Origin: an uncultured Chitinophagaceae bacterium
GTDB lineage: Bacteria > Bacteroidota > Bacteroidia > Chitinophagales > Chitinophagaceae
Direction of reading: 5' to 3'
DNA length: 64,000 nt
Assembly: GCA_963814075.1 (NCBI GenBank)
Contig: CAWFBO010000017.1
Span: 11,950-75,949, forward strand
Position 1 is the stretch's first letter; every line of letters begins with the position of its first letter. Below are positions 58,509 through 64,000 of the stretch, piece after piece. The position numbers were made by a program, and so were the translations under genes. Under the pieces are notes generated by a model. It had not been told where the DNA came from. It saw only the letters and a list, made by a program, of their open reading frames with translations, and did no database searches.

Positions 58509-61475
58509 ATGAAAAAATTGATAACAATCATTGGAGCAGCCTGGCTTTTAACGATACCACTTCTTTCCCGTGCCCAAAATAAAACACTGAATTTACAGGT
58601 GAAGGAAACAAACGGGCAACCAATCCCCGGTGCTACTATCATGGTAAACAGGCAACGGGCATTGGTAGCAGATGCTCGGGGAACAGTTACCATCTCTAAC
58701 GCACAAAACGCTGTTCTCACCATCAGTGCTGTTGGATTCAAAACGAAAAACATAAAGGCGGATACTTTAAAGCAGAATATTGTTTTTCTTCTTAAAGATG
58801 TAGCCAACCTTGATGAAGTAGTAGTTACGGGTCTTGCCACCACTGTTAAAAGAAGAAACCTCGCCAATGCGGTTACCACCATTTCTTCGAAAGAACTAAG
58901 TGAAACCGCGCCGCCGCAGACATTTGATGAGGCACTGGAAGGAAAAATTCCTGGTGCCTATATCAATTCGAATTCGGGTGCCCCGGGCGGTGGCGTTACC
59001 GTCAAATTACGAGGCATAACCTCTGTCTATGGCCAAACACAACCACTGTATGTGGTAGATGGCGTATTTCTCGACAACAGTTCAACTTCCGCAGGTCTTA
59101 ATGCAGTGACAAGTGCATCAAGTGGCGGGTCACCTATTTCTACACAGGATAACCCTTCAAGCAGAATTGCAGACCTGAACCCGGAAGATATTCAAAGTAT
59201 AGAAATATTGAAAGGCGCCTCGGCGGCGGCCATATATGGTTCGCGGGCGGCGTCTGGTGTTGTTATCATTACTACCAGGAGAGGCCGGGCCGGGAAAACA
59301 ACTATTAATTTTTCCCAGGATTTGGGCGTAATAACAGCAAGAAAATTATTGGGCGTGCGGCAGTTTACGGCAGAGCGGGCTGCAAGTTTATCTCGTGATA
59401 GTGCAACAAGTGTGGCTTTGCAGCAACAGTTTTTAGACGCACAAAGTTCCGGCAAGATATATGATTATGAAAAGGAAATTTATGGAAACACGGGTTTTGC
59501 CAGGAATTCAGAATTGAGTGTTACAGGAGGCAATGAGCAAACGTCTTTCTTTTTTTCTGCTTCCCAAAAAGATGAGGGCGGGATCGTAAAACGCACCGGC
59601 TATAAAAATACCGGGTTCAGGCTGAATGTAGATCATCGCATCAACGATAAAATAAAAATCGGTCTCAGCACCAATTATATCAACTCTTCTGCCGACAGGG
59701 GGTTGTTTGGTAATGATAACGTGGGCGTAACTACCGGCATCGCCTTATCATCAACACCCTCATTTGCTCAATTGCATCCGGATGCCAACGGGAATTATCC
59801 AAACAATCCATTCGCGTCTGCGAACCCTTTGCAAACCATTGCGCTTATGAAAAATAACGAATCGGTCAACCGCTTTATCGCCGGCTTGAATTTGGAAGCG
59901 ATCTTACAAGCCGACTTAAAAAGTACCACAAAACTGGTGGCACGTGGTGGTTTGGATTTTTATAACCTGCAGACTGCTGCGCTGTTTCCCGGTGTTTTAC
60001 AATGGCAAACAATTAATAAGGGAACCTCGATCCAGGGCTTCACCAAAAATCTCAACACGAACTACATCGCATCATTGGTAAACGCTTTTACGCCTTCTGA
60101 TAAAGTATCATTTACTACGTCAGCCGGACTAACACAGGAGACGGGTGACTATAATAATCTGCTAAATGTGGCCACACAAATTATTGCCGGCCAGAGCAAC
60201 GTAAACGAGGCAGGCGCTTTAAATGCCACACAGTTTCGCAATAAATATTTGAACACAGGAATTTTTGCGCAGGAAGAGGCGATCATAAATGACGCTCTCA
60301 CGTTGACTGCCGGTATTCGTTTTGACAGAAGCAGTAATAACGGAGACGTTTCAAAATTTTATACCTATCCCAAGGCCGGCGTGTCGTGGGATCTTACCAA
60401 ATCACGCATTGTGCCGGGTGGGTTTTTTAATAATGTAAAATTGCGGGCAGCTTATGGCGAAGCCAATAATGTGCCGGTGTATGGAAGCAAATTTACCGGC
60501 ATGGTGATCTCTAATATCAGTGGCAACCCGGGGGTGATCGTGAGCACCCAGCAAGGAGACCCGGATATAAAACCTGAACGCCAGAAAGAATTGGAAACAG
60601 GTATTGATTTCAGCGTGTTGAACAGCAGGCTCGGATTTGAACTGACTTATTATGATAAAAGAACCGACGATTTTCTAATGTTGCAGAGCCTTCCTTCCTC
60701 TTCCGGTTTTTCGAGTAAATGGGTAAATGCCGGTGATCTCCGTAATCGTGGTGTTGAATTAAGTGTAAATGCGCTACCGGTAGAAGGCAGGAATGTAACG
60801 TGGAATACGTCTGTGAATTTTTGGTTGAATCGTTCCAAAGTGACACGGCTTACGATACCTCCAATACCGCAAGGCTCCTTTGGTTACGTACTGGGTTCCT
60901 TCCAGATTGAACAGGGCAAATCAGCCACTCAAATCGTGGGTCTCAATGGGATGGGCGTTGGCGTGTTAGGTGATGCTGAGCCTAAATTCCAGATGAGCAC
61001 TTACAATGAAATAACCTTTTTCAGAAAATTAAGCCTTCGCTTTTTGGTGCACTGGAAATACGGTGGAGATAATATCAACCTTACTTCTCTTGAAAATGAT
61101 TTTGGCGGAACCAGCGTCGACTACGATAAGGTAACAAATAAGCTCGGTGTTCCTGACGCCGTTTATCGCATCATGCAAATAGGAACGACTGCCAAAATTT
61201 TTGTGCAGGATGCAAGTTATTTGCGATTGCGCGAGGTAGGCTTATATTATTCGTTCGATAAGATACCGGGAAATGTGGTAAAGAGTATTCGCGTAGGGTT
61301 TTCTCTCAACAATTACATCACCATTACCAAATACAAGTCGTATGATCCTGAGGTTTCCAATTTTGGTTTTGGTTCTACACAGCAAGGTTTGAGTTCCGGC
61401 CTTTCTTCGGGAGTTGATGTAGATCCTTACCCGGCAAGCAAACGCGCAGATTTACATATTTCAATCAGCTTTTAA
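58509..61475 (+). CDS. susC: SusC/RagA TonB-dependent transporter
   Basis: LDEVVVTGL, QPLYVVDGV, ILKGASAAAIYGSRAASGVVIITT, KPER..E.E.G, DASYLRLRE, YDPEVSNF; C-terminal Phe. Confidence 0.94.
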   Translation: MKKLITIIGAAWLLTIPLLSRAQNKTLNLQVKETNGQPIPGATIMVNRQRALVADARGTVTISNAQNAVLTISAVGFKTKNIKADTLKQNIVFLLKDVANLDEVVVTGLATTVKRRNLANAVTTISSKELSETAPPQTFDEALEGKIPGAYINSNSGAPGGGVTVKLRGITSVYGQTQPLYVVDGVFLDNSSTSAGLNAVTSASSGGSPISTQDNPSSRIADLNPEDIQSIEILKGASAAAIYGSRAASGVVIITTRRGRAGKTTINFSQDLGVITARKLLGVRQFTAERAASLSRDSATSVALQQQFLDAQSSGKIYDYEKEIYGNTGFARNSELSVTGGNEQTSFFFSASQKDEGGIVKRTGYKNTGFRLNVDHRINDKIKIGLSTNYINSSADRGLFGNDNVGVTTGIALSSTPSFAQLHPDANGNYPNNPFASANPLQTIALMKNNESVNRFIAGLNLEAILQADLKSTTKLVARGGLDFYNLQTAALFPGVLQWQTINKGTSIQGFTKNLNTNYIASLVNAFTPSDKVSFTTSAGLTQETGDYNNLLNVATQIIAGQSNVNEAGALNATQFRNKYLNTGIFAQEEAIINDALTLTAGIRFDRSSNNGDVSKFYTYPKAGVSWDLTKSRIVPGGFFNNVKLRAAYGEANNVPVYGSKFTGMVISNISGNPGVIVSTQQGDPDIKPERQKELETGIDFSVLNSRLGFELTYYDKRTDDFLMLQSLPSSSGFSSKWVNAGDLRNRGVELSVNALPVEGRNVTWNTSVNFWLNRSKVTRLTIPPIPQGSFGYVLGSFQIEQGKSATQIVGLNGMGVGVLGDAEPKFQMSTYNEITFFRKLSLRFLVHWKYGGDNINLTSLENDFGGTSVDYDKVTNKLGVPDAVYRIMQIGTTAKIFVQDASYLRLREVGLYYSFDKIPGNVVKSIRVGFSLNNYITITKYKSYDPEVSNFGFGSTQQGLSSGLSSGVDVDPYPASKRADLHISISF

Positions 61476-61493
61476 CCTACAATATTTATCATT

Positions 61494-62798
61494 ATGAAAA
61501 AGATTTTCAACATACAAAATACCTTCTTCCTGGCTGCCATATTGCTGTTTACGGCATGCAAAAAAGATTACGGCAATCTTAACGGGGCTACCGTCGAAGT
61601 GTATCAAAATAATGCCACTGTGGCCGAACTTAACAACCTGGTTAGTGGCACGGAATCGGGCATGCGTAATTCGATTGCTTTTTATTTGGATGATGTGGGA
61701 ACTATCGGGAGAGAAATCTATCACTTTTCCAATTCTGAACCAAGGTATGTTACCGATTTGTTAGGCGCAAGCAACGCGACATTGAGCGGCAGTAATTTTT
61801 ATATTACTACGCCCTGGGCTTCGCGCTACAGGGTGGTAAAGAATTGCAATGTTTTGATTGATGCAGCTACTAAATCCACCGTTATCACCGATGCACAGCG
61901 CAAAGGCTATATTGGTTTTGCAAAAACGATCAAAGCGTACCAGCTTTTGCTCAACTTAAATCTTACAGATTCAAATGGCATTCGCATTGATGTTAGCGAT
62001 CCGGATAACCCTGGCCCGATTGTAGATTACAATACGGGACTGACCGCCATTTCATCTTTGTTGGATGAAGGATCCAATGATTTATCGGGCGCCGAAGTTG
62101 CCTTCCCTCTTGCCGGATTTGGCCAATTCAGTGATGCTGCCGGGCTGGTGAAATTCAACAGGGCGCTTGCTGGCAGGGTAGATGTGTACAACAAAAAGTG
62201 GAGCGATGCTTTGACGGCATTAAACGGATCATTCCTGGATTTGAATGGCGATTTCAACACCGGCGTCTATGATGTTTTTGGTACAGGTTCGGGCGACCAG
62301 TTAAATCCCGCTTTCATTCCGCAAAATCAAACCGGTGAAGTGCGTGTAGCGCATCCTTCTTTTGCGGCGGACATTTTGCCTGGTGACGATCGTATCGCGA
62401 AGGCAACGCTACGCAATTCCACAGCATCCATTTCTGCCGGGTTGAGCAGCGACCGGGATGTATGGGTGTACACTTCAAGTACAGCGCCTGTTCCGATTAT
62501 ACGAAATGAAGAATTGATATTGATTTATGCGGAAGCCAATATCCAGTTGAATAATTTTATGGATGCCATTAATGCGTTGAATATTATTCGCAAAAAGCAT
62601 GGTCTTGCAGATTACAGTGGCCCGCAAACTCAAAATGCATTAATTGATGAAATGCTTTATGAACGCAGGTATTCATTATATTTTGAAGGACACAGGTGGA
62701 TAGATTTGCGCCGCTACAACAAGCTAAACGAATTGCCGTTAGACAGGCCTGATGATAACACCTGGTCTCAATTTCCGCTGCCGGTTACCGAGCAATAA
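61494..62798 (+). CDS. susD: SusD/RagB lipoprotein
   Basis: Lipobox FTAC; PIIRNEELILIYAEA, ERRYSLYFEGHRWIDLRR, FPLP..E. Confidence 0.92.
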   Translation: MKKIFNIQNTFFLAAILLFTACKKDYGNLNGATVEVYQNNATVAELNNLVSGTESGMRNSIAFYLDDVGTIGREIYHFSNSEPRYVTDLLGASNATLSGSNFYITTPWASRYRVVKNCNVLIDAATKSTVITDAQRKGYIGFAKTIKAYQLLLNLNLTDSNGIRIDVSDPDNPGPIVDYNTGLTAISSLLDEGSNDLSGAEVAFPLAGFGQFSDAAGLVKFNRALAGRVDVYNKKWSDALTALNGSFLDLNGDFNTGVYDVFGTGSGDQLNPAFIPQNQTGEVRVAHPSFAADILPGDDRIAKATLRNSTASISAGLSSDRDVWVYTSSTAPVPIIRNEELILIYAEANIQLNNFMDAINALNIIRKKHGLADYSGPQTQNALIDEMLYERRYSLYFEGHRWIDLRRYNKLNELPLDRPDDNTWSQFPLPVTEQ

Positions 62799-62870
62799 TT
62801 GCGGGCGCGGAAAAGGCAGCAAACAACAATAGACAGACATTCAATTTTTTAACCAACTCAATAAATAATC

Positions 62871-63413
62871 ATGGCACATATTCAATTAAACAACGACCTG
62901 CCGGGAATTGTAGGCTTATTACATTACAGCCCTGAGACGGCTAAACCTTTAAATGACCTTGCTGAAATTTTATTAGTACATGATAACTCATTAACCAGGG
63001 GTGAAAGAGAAATGATTGCCTCATCAGTATCTTACTGGAACGATTGTCATTTCTGCCATAGTACTCATGGTGCGGCGGCTGCCAACCTCCTGGAGAAGCC
63101 AGCTGCCTTTTTAACCGAAATAAAACAGGGCTTTGCCAACACGGAGGTTTCTACAAAAATGCGGGCCTTGCTCAATATTGCAAAGCATGTGCAGCAGGGC
63201 GGCAAGAATGTAACGGAAGAGGACATACGAAAAGCAAGAGAAGCAGGCGCCGTGGACAAAGAAATTCACGATACGGTGTTGATTGCCGCTGCCTTTTGCA
63301 TGTACAATCGCTATGTAGACGGGCTTGCCACCTGGGCGCCGAAAGAAGATGAAGCTTTTATGCCAATGGGCCAAATGCTGGCTGAACGCGGATACCGTGC
63401 CACTACTCCTTAA
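62871..63413 (+). CDS. AhpD/CMD-like protein 5
   Basis: LPGIVGL, EREMIASSVS..NDCHFCHSTH, IHDTVLIAAAFCMYNRYVDGL. Confidence 0.9.
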   Translation: MAHIQLNNDLPGIVGLLHYSPETAKPLNDLAEILLVHDNSLTRGEREMIASSVSYWNDCHFCHSTHGAAAANLLEKPAAFLTEIKQGFANTEVSTKMRALLNIAKHVQQGGKNVTEEDIRKAREAGAVDKEIHDTVLIAAAFCMYNRYVDGLATWAPKEDEAFMPMGQMLAERGYRATTP

Positions 63414-63453
63414 AAAGGTTCTCTTTCATAAAGGGATGGAATTTCCCTATGCC

Positions 63454-63492
63454 GGGCCGCCATGCAAAAAGGGGAGCAGGCGGCCCTTTTTT
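63454..63492 (+). terminator. Intrinsic terminator closing the AhpD-like/SusCD cluster
   Basis: GGGCCGCC...GGCGGCCC 8-bp GC stem followed by a T6 run. Confidence 0.75.
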
Positions 63493-63638
63493 ATAAAAGG
63501 AATGCTGTTTTTCGCCCTGAAAAGTAAACAGGAAAATAAGCAGGTTTTATATTTTCTTTTTTTAGAAATTTAGTTTCAAATCTTGCCGTCTTTTAGGAAC
63601 TTAGACAATCAACAGAACGTGTTTTTAAAAGAAATAAA

Positions 63639-63941
63639 ATGATCTACTTTACCCAGCTGATTTATCTCAGGGAAGGGCAGGAGGAGGCTTTTGATGAATT
63701 TGAAGCCATCGCTATTCCTGCAATTTTAAAATATAACGGACGGCTCCTGTTGCGAATAAGGCCCGCTGAAAATTCATTTATTGAATGTAACATCGATAAA
63801 CCTTATGAAATCCATTTTGGCGAATTTGAGAGCGAGCAGGATTTTGAGAACTTTTCACAAGACAAAGAACGAAAGAAATTTCTTCACCTGAAGGAACAAT
63901 CGGTAAAGACAACGATATTAATCCGGGGAAAGAAATTTTAA
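63639..63941 (+). CDS. DUF1330-like small protein
   Basis: FE..AIP.I.KYNGRLLLR, PYEIH..EFES..DF..F..D pattern. Confidence 0.7.
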   Translation: MIYFTQLIYLREGQEEAFDEFEAIAIPAILKYNGRLLLRIRPAENSFIECNIDKPYEIHFGEFESEQDFENFSQDKERKKFLHLKEQSVKTTILIRGKKF

Positions 63942-64000
63942 CGGAATGGTTCCACAAACCGACATGGGTCCTCGTCTCTGTCACATTCCTTAGATGCTAC

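Noticed and set aside
53289-63413. Five AhpD-like copies as an assembly duplication artefact
   Set aside because: The copies differ extensively in protein and DNA sequence and have different neighbours.
53289-63413. Cluster as a beta-ketoadipate (pcaC) pathway or a RiPP biosynthetic cluster
   Set aside because: No ring-cleavage dioxygenase, cycloisomerase or CoA-transferase is present, and I found no convincing precursor peptide, RiPP maturase or peptide exporter.
63938-64000. Possible 3' end of a minus-strand gene (...VASKECDRDEDPCRFVEPFR*)
   Set aside because: Only 21 codons are visible at the window edge, which is too little to support a call.

Overview
AT-rich bacterial chromosomal window from a Bacteroidota genome (SusC/SusD pairs, TAnnTTTG promoter boxes; gene style suggests Chitinophagaceae, which is an inference). 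Many genes are broken by single-base frameshifts that look like long-read assembly errors rather than true pseudogenes. In order: a partial CDF transporter; an L-rhamnose locus (FucR-like GntR regulator, GH106 rhamnosidase, esterase, nucleoside-hydrolase-like protein, rhaT, fused aldolase/dehydrogenase, isomerase, kinase); a molybdate-uptake and Moco biosynthesis operon; DUF4142; a Tat-exported flavin amine oxidoreductase paired with a cytochrome c; a tandem duplication of a DUF1080 + Gfo/Idh/MocA module; a multi-PAS histidine kinase; and a PUL (SusC, SusD, two FG-GAP/ASPIC-UnbV proteins, DUF4397, GH65). Next come a Pro-Pro-tailed ORF, a long structured spacer and a Cys/His-rich outer-membrane barrel. 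The most unusual part is 53.2-63.5 kb: a co-oriented cluster with no glycoside hydrolase, in which five diverged AhpD/carboxymuconolactone-decarboxylase-like paralogs are interleaved with an MFS transporter, a secreted esterase and a SusC/SusD pair. A gap-free 36-bp motif recurs upstream of three of the paralogs. No rRNA, tRNA, CRISPR array or mobile element was recognised.
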